Translations under genes and position numbers: made by a program
In this document: piece after piece, positions 1 through 9,916 of the stretch
Numbering within the stretch: position 1 is the stretch's first letter
Layout: each line of letters begins with the position of its first letter
NCBI GenBank assembly: GCA_041736175.1
Contig: JBGSUI010000056.1
Span: forward strand, 94,347-158,346
Source of the DNA: Oligoflexales bacterium
Lineage (GTDB): Bacteria; Bdellovibrionota_B; Oligoflexia; Oligoflexales; CAIYRB01
Reading direction: 5' to 3'
DNA: 64,000 nucleotides
The notes under the pieces: generated by a model
Told to the model about the DNA's origin: nothing
Databases searched by the model: none
The model's input: only the letters and a program-made list of their open reading frames with translations

Positions 1-2
1 TG

Positions 3-485
3 CCGACACCCCAAACCCCGGAGGCCACGGCCACCACCCAAACCTTACAAACCCAGCAACAAGATGCCTCCACCTCCCTCCAAGGTCTCCTTGAAGCCTC
101 AGGCCAATTTGGCCCCCAAACTCTGGTGCTATCGGCACGCCGTGGTCTGCAACGTCGGCCAGTCACGGATACCTTGATTCTTGCGGACAGCCTTACTGGG
201 ACCTGGACCGTTGCGTCGCGCGATAGGACCGAGACGCTGACCCTCGCGGCGAATGCTGTTATGGAATCAGACCTCTTAGAGGTCGAGTCTGAAGCATCCC
301 CATCCGATCAAACCTTGACCAGTCTTTTGGCAGAATACGGGCGCGCGTTGTTTAGCCAGAGGGTTGATGATCGGGCTGTGTTTGTGGACCGCATCTCACT
401 GGGATTACGATTAGAAGACTTTTCCAGTAAAGTCCAGACTACAAACCGACGCGTAGCTCTCCTAGGATACCTCATCCAATTTTAA
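3..485 (+). CDS. 5'-partial outer-membrane beta-barrel protein, probably EPS-export associated
   Basis: Frame is open from position 3 to the TAA ending at 485. Alternating beta-strand pattern and a terminal Phe (LLGYLIQF). Neighbours a Wza-like gene. Confidence 0.5.
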   Translation, partial: PTPQTPEATATTQTLQTQQQDASTSLQGLLEASGQFGPQTLVLSARRGLQRRPVTDTLILADSLTGTWTVASRDRTETLTLAANAVMESDLLEVESEASPSDQTLTSLLAEYGRALFSQRVDDRAVFVDRISLGLRLEDFSSKVQTTNRRVALLGYLIQF

Positions 486-520
486 GAATTTCTACCGGAT
501 GATTGACACCACAAGGTGAG

Positions 521-1129
521 CTATTCTGCCAGGACGGTATCTCCCCGTTCTAAGATAAAACTATCAAGGCTGTCATTGCCTTTGAGTAAATCCTGGTAAA
601 GCACAAAATACCTTTCTGTTTTACCTGTGGGGTCTTTTCGGATGATGATAATACGCTCCGAGGCATAGGGCGTTAAACCACCAGCCAAAGCCAGCCCTTT
701 AAGCAAGGTGGTTTTTTCTTCTAATTGCACCGGTCCTACCCTGAGGACTTCACCTGCAAAGTATGCTTTATAGCTTTTCTTTTGGCCGACGGATACCATG
801 ACCCGCGGCTTGACCATATAGGACGAAAGCTGGCTTTCAATTTTCTGTTTGATCTCCTTTATCGTGGTTCCAGCTACAGTGATCTGGCCCCCAAGAGGGA
901 TGGTGATTTGGCCGTTTTCTTGGACGACCATTGTGGAGGTAAGGGATTCGTCGCCATGGACTTTGAGCATCAACTCATCGCCGCGGCCTATTTTGTAGTC
1001 ACCTTGGTTGTCAAAGGTGAGTCCCGCGTTAGCACGAGTCAAAGGACGGGCTGGAATGGTTGTTTGGCATGCAAAGGTGAGGCACGCCGCTCCGAGAGCC
1101 AAGATGCTATGGATGGTAAAGGGCTTCAT
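521..1129 (-). CDS. Polysaccharide export lipoprotein (Wza/Poly_export + SLBB)
   Basis: YKIGRGDELMLKV...V.ENGQITIPLGGQITVAG Poly_export motif; GEV..G and ALAGGLT SLBB motif; lipobox LTFAC. Start moved to the ATG of MKPFT (ORF track starts at 1180). Confidence 0.9.
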   Translation of the reverse strand: MKPFTIHSILALGAACLTFACQTTIPARPLTRANAGLTFDNQGDYKIGRGDELMLKVHGDESLTSTMVVQENGQITIPLGGQITVAGTTIKEIKQKIESQLSSYMVKPRVMVSVGQKKSYKAYFAGEVLRVGPVQLEEKTTLLKGLALAGGLTPYASERIIIIRKDPTGKTERYFVLYQDLLKGNDSLDSFILERGDTVLAE

Positions 1130-1190
1130 AGGAACAGACTCCAACTTAAAAAAACGACTGTGTTGGCTATTATATAACATAAGTCCTAGT

Positions 1191-2384
1191 TTAAGACGAA
1201 AGCTTTTGCGGATGTTCAGGCTCTAAATGGCGTCTTATGGTATCAGCAAGGGGGGCCACAGCCTTGACGGGTTTTAGAAACCGAATGTTTTTAGCTTTGG
1301 CACTTATGATCATCTGTTGTTTTTGGTGATCTGGCAAATTTTTTAGGATTTCCATAAGATCCTCCCGTTGGAAGAACAGGGCATCCACTTGGTCTTCTAA
1401 ATCAAATCCCCTGGCTCCGATTTTGGTGGTGAGAACGGGTAGATCTGCCGCAATCATTTCGGCGAGCTTGATGCTGGTTCCAGAGCCATGGAAAATAGGG
1501 TTGATTGCCCAATCAGCAGCGGCAAAGTAGGGCTCAATCAAGTCCACTGGGCCTGTGGTGATCATGGTACTGGTTCGTAAGATGGTTTTAGTGACGCTCC
1601 CGCATACCAAAAAAATCAGCTGAAGGGATTCTAGCAAATTTTTATTTTTTTCAGAAAAATCCAAGAGAAATTGCAGCCCCTCTCCGTTGGGACCATAGGA
1701 GCTGGCGGCAAAAAACAGGATTTTTTGCTGGTCTCTCACCCCGAGTTGGTCGCGGATTTGTCTTCTGAGAGGGGACAAATGAGCAAACCGCTTCTCATTG
1801 ATACAGTTTGGTATAAGGATGATTTTGGAAGGTTCGGTTATTTGCGAAAAAAACAACCTCTCTTCTTCTGACGACACCGCCATAAAATGGGCGGCAGTGG
1901 CAGCCCTTTTTTCCCTTTTAAGGACCCATTGGGAAAAAATCTTGTTCAGCAGACCACCTGCATAAAACAACCGATGCTCCACGTTATGGCTATTGAGGAT
2001 GGTGAACTTTTGGGTGGTTTTGGATGCTGGCATCGCAAATGGAAAGTCATAAATAACAAATTCAGACCAGTTTAAATCTTCTTTGAATTTCCTTTTGCCT
2101 TGTCCCCAAGATGCCCAAAAAGGTGGAGTATTGAGTTTGTAGCAAATCATCGCGAGGAGCCAAACAAATCTAGGACGGGCCACATACTCCAGGATTCCTG
2201 GTTCCCACCGTTGTGTTGAGGAACTTCGCCCCTTAAGCACATCCGCTTTTCTGCCGATCAGCGAATGGATCCTGATTTCGTGACCATTTAAAACCAGCCC
2301 TTCGGCCAACATCGCTGTGCGAAGAGTTCCTCCAGACTCGGGAGGAAAGACCTGAAGGGCAGAGACTATGAGGCAGCGTGCCAT
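1191..2384 (-). CDS. Glycosyltransferase family 4
   Basis: N-terminal FPPESGGTLR; HNVE; C-terminal INPIFHGSGTSIKLAEMIAADLPVLTT GT-B motif. Confidence 0.85.
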   Translation of the reverse strand: MARCLIVSALQVFPPESGGTLRTAMLAEGLVLNGHEIRIHSLIGRKADVLKGRSSSTQRWEPGILEYVARPRFVWLLAMICYKLNTPPFWASWGQGKRKFKEDLNWSEFVIYDFPFAMPASKTTQKFTILNSHNVEHRLFYAGGLLNKIFSQWVLKREKRAATAAHFMAVSSEEERLFFSQITEPSKIILIPNCINEKRFAHLSPLRRQIRDQLGVRDQQKILFFAASSYGPNGEGLQFLLDFSEKNKNLLESLQLIFLVCGSVTKTILRTSTMITTGPVDLIEPYFAAADWAINPIFHGSGTSIKLAEMIAADLPVLTTKIGARGFDLEDQVDALFFQREDLMEILKNLPDHQKQQMIISAKAKNIRFLKPVKAVAPLADTIRRHLEPEHPQKLSS

Positions 2385-3180
2385 GGATGAATTCCACCAA
2401 AAAAAATTCCAAGGTCAACACATTAAAAAGATTCAAATTGGAAATACGCCATTCGATGTCCTCACCTTTGATCAGGTTGCAGACTATGCTGTGGCCTTGG
2501 CCAAGGAGCACCGGTTTCCCGCTTCCTATATAGTAACACCAAATGTGGATCATGTATTACGCCTTGCCAACCAACCAGAGTTAAAGCCGATCTATGAAAA
2601 GGCGGATCTCTCCCTAGCCGACGGCATGCCCGTGGTCTGGGCCTCGCAGATTGCAGGGGAACCACTTCCGGAAAGAGTGACCGGAGCCGATCTGCTGCCC
2701 GAACTGATCCGTCGCGCCCATGTCGAGGGGATGTCGGTCTTTTTGATGGGGGGGCCGCCAGGCTCCGCGGACCTGGCTATGGAAAGATTTATAGATCAGT
2801 TTCCTGGGCTTAAGATAGAGACCTACTGCCCACCCTTTGGTTTTGAAAAGGATCCTCTGGAAAATCAGCGATTGCTACGTGAGATCAATGATTTCTGTCC
2901 TGATTTTCTCTTTGTCGGCCTGGGGAGTCCTAAACAAGAAATTTGGATTTATGAAAATCGAAATCGACTCAAGGTTGGTCTTTGTCTCGGGATCGGCGCC
3001 GCCATTGAATTTGCAGCCGGGACCCTGGCCAGAGCCCCTTATTGGATGCAAAAGTCAGGTACCGAATGGATGTACCGACTTGCTATGGATCCAAAGAGGT
3101 TGGCCAAACGCTACTGGGGGAATATGGCCTTTTTGGGAGTTTTGGTCGATCAGCTTAAAAAACGTAAAAATATTAGGTAG
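2368..3180 (+). CDS. WecB/TagA/CpsF family glycosyltransferase
   Basis: VTPNVDH, ADGMPVVW, ERVTGADL, VGLGSPKQE and RAPYWMQKSGTEWMYRL motifs. Alternative in-frame ATG at 2383. Confidence 0.95.
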   Translation: MRQRAMDEFHQKKFQGQHIKKIQIGNTPFDVLTFDQVADYAVALAKEHRFPASYIVTPNVDHVLRLANQPELKPIYEKADLSLADGMPVVWASQIAGEPLPERVTGADLLPELIRRAHVEGMSVFLMGGPPGSADLAMERFIDQFPGLKIETYCPPFGFEKDPLENQRLLREINDFCPDFLFVGLGSPKQEIWIYENRNRLKVGLCLGIGAAIEFAAGTLARAPYWMQKSGTEWMYRLAMDPKRLAKRYWGNMAFLGVLVDQLKKRKNIR

Positions 3181-3310
3181 CTATATTGAATTCTACTCTT
3201 TTTGACCCATTGCGGGGTATTTAAAACAAAAAATTGTTTGACATGGCGATGGAAAAAGCTTAATCACAGTATTGCTTTTTACATATCTTTTCCCTGGAAG
3301 GGCTAAGTCC

Positions 3311-4519
3311 ATGCGTCATAAGTCAAACACTATTCATATAGTCACTCTGTTAATCTCCAAAATCGTGTTTATTTCTTCGATCTCTGCGGGCTGCGGTTCA
3401 AAGACCCAAAGCGATCCTCTCGAAGTGTGGGACCAAGCAAACGACCCCGTGCATTTTTCAGATTCCTACGCCCTGACCTTTGCCGATTTGCCCATAAGCG
3501 GTACCTCGGACATCATCCCCTGGAGCGACACCTATTGGCCCCATATTTTTGCTGGAATTTCGACTCGGTGGAATGGGGATTCTTTTGCCAGCCTTTTTGA
3601 TTACCCCCTTTACACCAAAGAGCAAGTCGCCCAGCTCAGCCCTAAAAAACTCGCAGAGCTGTCGCCCGCCGAGAAATATGACCTCTATATGGGAAGCTAT
3701 CAATATCCACTGGTTCACTCTGAACGGAGGCGTACCGCTGGAAATCACCCCGCCTGGGCTGGATTATGCCACGGCTGGGCGCCCGCGAGCCTTAACTTTA
3801 AAGAACCAAAATCAGTGCTTGTCACAAGTGAAGCTGGCGTCCAGATCCCTTTTGGCTCTTCGGATATCAAGGCGCTCCTCAGCCTCGTCCAAGGACACTA
3901 TAGCAAAGCGCCTGCCAAATTTCTGGGTGGACGGTGTAATAGAGATCTTAAAAAAGACCCCATTTTTTCTAACGATCCAGAATGTAAAGATGTCAATGCA
4001 GCATCCTTTCACCTCGTGCTTACCAACGAACTGGGGATAGCAAAAAAAGGGATTATCATGGATGCCACCCGTGACCTCCAGGTTTGGAACCAGCCGGTGT
4101 TTAAATTTGCGGCTCGGGTCGACGCCGAGCAGCCTGCCAGCCCTGGAGCAGCACAAGGCACCATAAAAGAAGTGATCATCACCAACGAAGTAACCTATGG
4201 TGCAGAAAGTGTCGCCCAGTGGAATGCGGTGATCGGGACCGAGTATTTTAACTCAGTGACAGTCACCTATAAATACCGTCTAGAACTCGACATCGCCGGC
4301 CAGATCGTAGGTGGCGAGTGGCTTAGCACCGAGCGGCCTGATTTTCTTTGGGTCCAAGAACGAGCCAAGTTTACCGGGTATTTGGCTCTCGTGGAAACAA
4401 TCTATAAGGAATCACTGAAATCAAAAGGGATTCCTAACCTGGCAAATGAACCGTCCGAGTCGCCTACGGAGCAAAGGACCTCTGTTGTATCGGAAACAGT
4501 TGAAAACGTGGTTCCATGA
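3311..4519 (+). CDS. Transglutaminase-elicitor (GP42-like) family lipoprotein
   Basis: PWSDTYWP, LSPAEKYD, WAGLCHGWA (putative catalytic Cys), DIKALL, VWNQPV, YRLELD..G.I.GGEW and PDFLW; lipobox-like SAGC. Confidence 0.75.
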   Translation: MRHKSNTIHIVTLLISKIVFISSISAGCGSKTQSDPLEVWDQANDPVHFSDSYALTFADLPISGTSDIIPWSDTYWPHIFAGISTRWNGDSFASLFDYPLYTKEQVAQLSPKKLAELSPAEKYDLYMGSYQYPLVHSERRRTAGNHPAWAGLCHGWAPASLNFKEPKSVLVTSEAGVQIPFGSSDIKALLSLVQGHYSKAPAKFLGGRCNRDLKKDPIFSNDPECKDVNAASFHLVLTNELGIAKKGIIMDATRDLQVWNQPVFKFAARVDAEQPASPGAAQGTIKEVIITNEVTYGAESVAQWNAVIGTEYFNSVTVTYKYRLELDIAGQIVGGEWLSTERPDFLWVQERAKFTGYLALVETIYKESLKSKGIPNLANEPSESPTEQRTSVVSETVENVVP

Positions 4520-4545
4520 CCGTAACAAGAAACCAGGGACGAGAC

Positions 4546-5226
4546 TCAGTGGGCCTCGATTTCGGGTTTGAGGGTGCGGTCTAGGACACTGCGGTCGCTA
4601 ATACGTACCACCATTTTACGTCTGACTTTGATCTCATAGCCAAACTGGTCAAACTGCCTAAATACGAGTCTGGTCCACCCAAGGCCCGGATGGTACCAGG
4701 CAAAGATGTTGCGTCGATCGCGACAAACGAATTGATGTTGGTCTGCCCAGGAGATCTTTTTTTTGATAAAACACCCATATTCTCGCGACAAGACTTGGAT
4801 CACATGGGGGTAGAGGTCGGCAAAGGGGTAGGTTTTTGAGTGGTTTTCCACAACGTAGATCTTAGAGTTGCCCCGTAGACCCAGGTAGCCCCCAAAAAAT
4901 GGTTTTATATTATCGAGAAAGTGGACATAGGCCGGAAAGGCAGGAACCATATACTGTATTTCTATAGGCTCAAGGGATTTGCTTGCGAGTCTATTTTCTG
5001 AGCGTGGTCTTAGCGGAAGGCGAGCTAAGGTGGTTAAGGGCAGGATCCTATCAAAGGCAAGTTCTTGCCAGGGAAGCGCGTTAAGCTTGTCGTCGCCCTC
5101 TCCGTTGTCGAGATCTTCGTTTTCTAGCTCCGGCTCGCCCGTATGGATACGCCACTTTTGGCAGTTTAGGTTGAGCCCCAGAAGCAATAGGGTGCAAAAA
5201 AGGTTGGTAAATGATTTAAAAATCAT
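4546..5226 (-). CDS. Hypothetical lipoprotein
   Basis: 226-aa ORF with a signal peptide ending LNC. Its start overlaps the cyclase stop codon (ATGA), implying translational coupling. Confidence 0.7.
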   Translation of the reverse strand: MIFKSFTNLFCTLLLLGLNLNCQKWRIHTGEPELENEDLDNGEGDDKLNALPWQELAFDRILPLTTLARLPLRPRSENRLASKSLEPIEIQYMVPAFPAYVHFLDNIKPFFGGYLGLRGNSKIYVVENHSKTYPFADLYPHVIQVLSREYGCFIKKKISWADQHQFVCRDRRNIFAWYHPGLGWTRLVFRQFDQFGYEIKVRRKMVVRISDRSVLDRTLKPEIEAH

Positions 5227-7607
5227 GAGGCCTTTGTGTCGTTTGGAGTTTCAGGTGATTTTAGTTTTGTTTTTGATTTTTGCGCCTCATGGGAATACGC
5301 AAACTCAATAAGATACTGAATAAGGATGTCGCTTTGGATTTTGTCCAGGTTGCTGATAAGGATCCCGTGAACAAACTCAGTTCCTTCCGTATAGCTCCAT
5401 CGAACCTCCCCAAGTAGCACTTCGACACCATCTCGGGAGAGGAGGCCTTTGAGCTGTCCTGCTGCATCGTCGATGGAGATATTGAGGCGAGTGCCCCGAG
5501 CTAAGAGGCGAGGGAGTTTTACACTAAAACCTTGGTGAGAAAAATTCACCAAGGACCCTGAGCCTACATTAGTCAAGAGAATGATCTTTGAAGGATCGTG
5601 GACTGGCCAGCGTTGTTCGTCACGGCCAATATTGACGCATCTTCTAAAGGCTTCGAGGGCCTGGGCTCGCATGGTTGTTTGGTCCCAAAAGGGATCGTAC
5701 TCATAGGCTTCGACGAGTTCGCTATGGTGTTTGATTTGAATAAACCGCTTGATAAAAGCCTGGGCGGGGACACTGGGGCCCTTGATAAGATCATAGGTCG
5801 TGGCCCCCATCAAAATCGAGTGCATTTCGGAAGCCCCTTCGAGGCGTTTTGCAAAGTTGACTCCGTTGCCGACAACGGTGAAATCGATCCGGCTTGATGA
5901 GCCAAGATCTCCAAGATAGCAGGAGGAGGTGTTGATACCGATCCGTAGGGGATAAACCGGTTCGCCGACTTCAGCAGCTTCTAAATTGCGCTTAAGGTTT
6001 TCTGTCTGGATCGCGATGCCGCATTTAAGGGCTTGTTCCGCATGGTTTGGGGTCGAACTATCCATATCAAAACGATAGCCAAAATAGCACAGCAGGCCAT
6101 CGCCTAAGGTTTTGTCGATAATTCCACCAAATTGGTGAATCGTGTCACCAATTTGGGAAAGCATTTTTTTGAGGTTTTCAAAGGCGAGTCTAGGGAGCAT
6201 GTTTTCTGCAAGGAGGGAAAACCCCACCACATCGATAAACATAAGAGTCACCACTCGTTCTCGGGTGTCAAAGGAGATTGCGTCAGGCTTTTTTAACATC
6301 GCCTTAAGGTCTGTCGGCGCAACCAGCCCGTCTAGGGCGGATTTCAAAGCCTCGACGCGACGCTCGCTTGCTCTGGATTTGTGGGCAAAAATCGTAAGCC
6401 CTCCACCCCATAGACCGATCAAGGGGAACAGCCAGGGGACGAGAATACTGAAATAGACAAAGACGGCAAAACTAGCTCCAATGAAGACTAGCGTGGTACC
6501 CATAAGACCAAACCAAAATCCTAAAATGGAACGATTGAGAGGAATCAACGCTCCAATGAGCGTCAAAATGATAATAAAAAACTCCCCACCGGTCAGCGGA
6601 CGAATCCAGGAATCGGTTAAGAGGCTATTGATAATGGTGGCAATAACAAAACCACCCGGTGTGGGCCCAAAGGGTGTCATCTTAAAGTCAGTATTGCCCG
6701 TATACATTTGGGGTATCAGGAGGACGACGTCGCCCTCGTTGACAAGTGAGGATGGTTGGAATTTACGGGATTTTTGGATCAACCCCCACATACTACGGCT
6801 GACTTGATAGAGTCGGTCGGGAGAGGGGAAGTTGACAATGGTGCTACCATCGCTATTAACTGGAATCGCTTTACCGTTGAAGAGAATCCTGCTGTCTTCG
6901 AATTTGAGCTCTCCCGGTAGATAAAAGGCTAGATGGCGGATGACCGTCTGGGGGCGCACGAGCATGAGGGGGGCAATCGTACCTAGACCATCGTAATGGA
7001 GGTGGCCAATATGGCGCACCGCCTTTTGGATTTCACGGGCGGGACCATAGGGATGGCCTAACAACCGCTCGGACATCGCCGGGAGCTGGGCAGGTTGATT
7101 AGGGGTGAGATATTGGCTGACGGCATATTCGGGCCGGTTGAGATCAAGAGGTTCACGGTAGGAGATCGGGGCGGGAGATACAAACGACCCGACGATGACG
7201 GGAGCTTTGATTTGGGATAAAGCTTTAATCCACTCCCCTTGGCTCCCGGTGATATCGTCTCCTCGGGACCACATGGCATCAACAAAAATCGCTTTCGGCT
7301 GACGAACATCGATTGATTGGAGGATCTTGACCCACTCTTCAAGCCCTAGTACCCAGGTTCCGAGTTGGGCAAAGGTACTATCGTCGATGGAGTAGATTTT
7401 TAGTTTAGAGCTTATCACGGGACCTTTGCCCAAAAGCTCCCGGGCCGAGAAAAGCAGCGGCAACGAGATCCGAGAGTCAGCATGGGACTGGATCGCCGTT
7501 CGATGTCCCAAAATAAGGGGTATCGCCCACACAGCGACTGCAACCGCAAGCCAAGACTTCTTGATGGACTGATTCGTCAGCCACTCTTTGCCAGATAGAC
7601 GTGACAC
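5223..7607 (-). CDS. CHASE2-domain class III adenylate cyclase with a C-terminal PilZ-like domain
   Basis: CHASE2-like periplasmic region followed by 3 TM helices. Cyclase motifs FIDVVGFS, DKTLGDGL, RIGIN and DFTVVGNGVNFAKRLE. C-terminal RDEQR...NFSHQG...GEVRW. Confidence 0.85.
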   Translation of the reverse strand: MSRLSGKEWLTNQSIKKSWLAVAVAVWAIPLILGHRTAIQSHADSRISLPLLFSARELLGKGPVISSKLKIYSIDDSTFAQLGTWVLGLEEWVKILQSIDVRQPKAIFVDAMWSRGDDITGSQGEWIKALSQIKAPVIVGSFVSPAPISYREPLDLNRPEYAVSQYLTPNQPAQLPAMSERLLGHPYGPAREIQKAVRHIGHLHYDGLGTIAPLMLVRPQTVIRHLAFYLPGELKFEDSRILFNGKAIPVNSDGSTIVNFPSPDRLYQVSRSMWGLIQKSRKFQPSSLVNEGDVVLLIPQMYTGNTDFKMTPFGPTPGGFVIATIINSLLTDSWIRPLTGGEFFIIILTLIGALIPLNRSILGFWFGLMGTTLVFIGASFAVFVYFSILVPWLFPLIGLWGGGLTIFAHKSRASERRVEALKSALDGLVAPTDLKAMLKKPDAISFDTRERVVTLMFIDVVGFSLLAENMLPRLAFENLKKMLSQIGDTIHQFGGIIDKTLGDGLLCYFGYRFDMDSSTPNHAEQALKCGIAIQTENLKRNLEAAEVGEPVYPLRIGINTSSCYLGDLGSSSRIDFTVVGNGVNFAKRLEGASEMHSILMGATTYDLIKGPSVPAQAFIKRFIQIKHHSELVEAYEYDPFWDQTTMRAQALEAFRRCVNIGRDEQRWPVHDPSKIILLTNVGSGSLVNFSHQGFSVKLPRLLARGTRLNISIDDAAGQLKGLLSRDGVEVLLGEVRWSYTEGTEFVHGILISNLDKIQSDILIQYLIEFAYSHEAQKSKTKLKSPETPNDTKAS

Positions 7608-7649
7608 CTGGTTTGGTTCCCCATAGAGCTTAGAGAGTTACTGGTAGAC

Positions 7650-7677
7650 GCATCGGCTGTGATTGGGCGCGACTTGA
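7650..7677 (-). promoter_or_regulatory. Putative sigma-28 (FliA) promoter for the cyclase gene
   Basis: Minus strand reads TCAAG-N15-GCCGATGC, about 43 bp upstream of the GTG start at 7607. Confidence 0.55.
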
Positions 7678-7809
7678 GTTTTTATAGGTCTATGAATTAA
7701 CTTGCTTAACGATTAAAAACCGACTATTAAACATCTATTAACGAAGGCTTCCATGAGCCAACGACATCTCAGAGAAACTTGGCCCAAGCTCGAGGAGTGA
7801 TGTTTTAAG

Positions 7810-8775
7810 ATGCAGCCCATACTGAAGGTTGAAAACTTAGTCACCACTTTTTTTACCAAAGGGGGGGCCCTTCGGGCTGTTGATGGGATTTCCTATGAGG
7901 TTGGTCGAGGCGAAACTCTAGGGATTGTCGGCGAAAGCGGCTGTGGCAAGAGTGTGACCAGCTTTTCGATTTTAGGCCTCCTAAGCCACCCGGGCAAAGT
8001 CACTGGGGGAAAGATCTCCTTTGAAGGCCGGGACCTGCTGACCTTGCCGGCAGAAGAGATGCGTAAGATCCGGGGCAATCAGATCGCCATGATCTTTCAG
8101 GAGCCAATGACGGCCCTAAACCCCGTTTTGACGGTGGGATATCAGATCGCGGAGCAAATCCTTGCCCACGAAGCCGTGAGTTCCAAAGACGCACGGGACC
8201 GTTCCATCGACTTGCTTAAGAGAGTGGGAATCCCCTCTCCGGAGCTTCGCGTGGATGATTACCCCCATCAGCTTTCGGGGGGGATGAGGCAACGGGCCAT
8301 GATTGCCATGGCTCTGTCCTGTAACCCCCAACTCTTGATCGCCGACGAACCGACCACGGCTCTCGATGTGACGATTCAGGCGCAAATTCTCGATCTCCTC
8401 CAGAAACTTCAAGACGAACTCAAAATGTCCATGCAGTTTATCACCCACGATTTGGGGGTGATTTCCGAACTTTCGGACCGGGTGGCGGTGATGTATGCCG
8501 GCACGATTGTCGAAGAGGCTCCGGCAGCAACGATCTTTTCTAGTCCCAAACACCCCTATACGGTGGGACTCCTTGAGTCGATTCCAAGTCCCTTACGACC
8601 TCAAAAGCGGCTTCCAACGATTCCCGGTGCTGTTCCATCCTTACACCAACTCCCCACGGGCTGCCGCTTCCAAAATCGATGTATGCGGGCCACTGACCAG
8701 TGCCGTCGGGAGGTGCCAGTGTTAGAAAATATAAGTTTAGGGCATAAGGTTGCTTGCTTCCACCCGTTTGTTTAG
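7810..8775 (+). CDS. oppD: Oligopeptide/dipeptide ABC transporter ATP-binding protein
   Basis: GESGCGKS Walker A, LSGGMRQR signature, LIADEPTTALD, oligo_HPY tail with Cys motif. Confidence 0.95.
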   Translation: MQPILKVENLVTTFFTKGGALRAVDGISYEVGRGETLGIVGESGCGKSVTSFSILGLLSHPGKVTGGKISFEGRDLLTLPAEEMRKIRGNQIAMIFQEPMTALNPVLTVGYQIAEQILAHEAVSSKDARDRSIDLLKRVGIPSPELRVDDYPHQLSGGMRQRAMIAMALSCNPQLLIADEPTTALDVTIQAQILDLLQKLQDELKMSMQFITHDLGVISELSDRVAVMYAGTIVEEAPAATIFSSPKHPYTVGLLESIPSPLRPQKRLPTIPGAVPSLHQLPTGCRFQNRCMRATDQCRREVPVLENISLGHKVACFHPFV

Positions 8776-8821
8776 TCCCCGTCCAAGCCCGAGACCCTTA
8801 ATCGATGCAACAGGAGCATGA

Positions 8822-9844
8822 GTGCAGATGTCGGAGCCAACGATTTTAAGTGTGAGAAATCTTAAAAAGCACTTTCCCATAAGGTCGGGACTCCTTATGC
8901 GGCAGACGGGTACCATCCAGGCAGTGAACGGGGTGAGCTTTGACCTAAGAGCTGGAGAAACCCTTGGTCTGGTCGGTGAATCAGGGTGCGGAAAATCAAC
9001 CCTTGGGCGCACGGTGATCCAGATCTACCAACCATCGGAGGGCACCATCCACTTTTCGGGCCAAGATGTCAGCCATTTACGGGGCAAAAAGCTATTGGAT
9101 TTTAGGCGCAACGTCCAGATGATCTTTCAAGATCCCTATAGTTCCCTCAATCCAAGACGGACGGTAGCGAGCATCATAGAACAGCCACTTATCGTTCACG
9201 GGTTTCCTGAGGCGGAACGTCGCCGCAGGGTTGTGGAACTCCTAGATAAAATCAGTTTAGGGAAATGGGCCCAAAATCGCTATCCCCATGAGTTTTCGGG
9301 AGGCCAGAGGCAAAGGATTGCCATCGCCCGGGCAATTGCTCTTAAACCACAGTTGGTGATCGCTGACGAACCGGTGTCAGCCCTCGATGTATCGGTCCAG
9401 TCGCAGATTTTGAACCTTATGGCGGACCTCCGCGACGAGATGGGAATCTCGTTTTTGTTTATCTCCCACGATCTAGCGGTGGTGCAGCATATGTCCCACC
9501 GGATTGCCGTGATGTATCTAGGCTCCATTGTCGAAACCGCCACGCGGGATGAACTCTTTCGGGTGCCTCGTCATCCCTACACCCAGGCTCTGATGGCGGC
9601 AAACCCCCGTCCGGGTCAGGGAAAACGCAAAAACAGGCCGGTGTTGACCGGTGATGTCCCGAGTCCCGTACAATTACCCCAGGGCTGTCGATTTCACCCC
9701 AGGTGTCCCCATGCCGACACCCGATGCAAAACCGAGGTGCCGGTGCTGCGGGATTTAGGAGTACCCGGTTACCAAGTGGCTTGTCATAAGGTGACCTCTT
9801 TGACTGATTACCCAATCTATGGAAAAAATGAGCCAACAAACTAA
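8822..9844 (+). CDS. oppF: Oligopeptide/dipeptide ABC transporter ATP-binding protein
   Basis: GESGCGKST, FSGGQRQR, DEPVSALD and HPYT motifs. Confidence 0.95.
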   Translation: MQMSEPTILSVRNLKKHFPIRSGLLMRQTGTIQAVNGVSFDLRAGETLGLVGESGCGKSTLGRTVIQIYQPSEGTIHFSGQDVSHLRGKKLLDFRRNVQMIFQDPYSSLNPRRTVASIIEQPLIVHGFPEAERRRRVVELLDKISLGKWAQNRYPHEFSGGQRQRIAIARAIALKPQLVIADEPVSALDVSVQSQILNLMADLRDEMGISFLFISHDLAVVQHMSHRIAVMYLGSIVETATRDELFRVPRHPYTQALMAANPRPGQGKRKNRPVLTGDVPSPVQLPQGCRFHPRCPHADTRCKTEVPVLRDLGVPGYQVACHKVTSLTDYPIYGKNEPTN

Positions 9845-9916
9845 AGTTCTTGGAGAAAGGTCCCGACGAGACCAATTGAGTCGGACAATCTTTAGCGTCA
9901 AACAAAAGGAGTGTCT

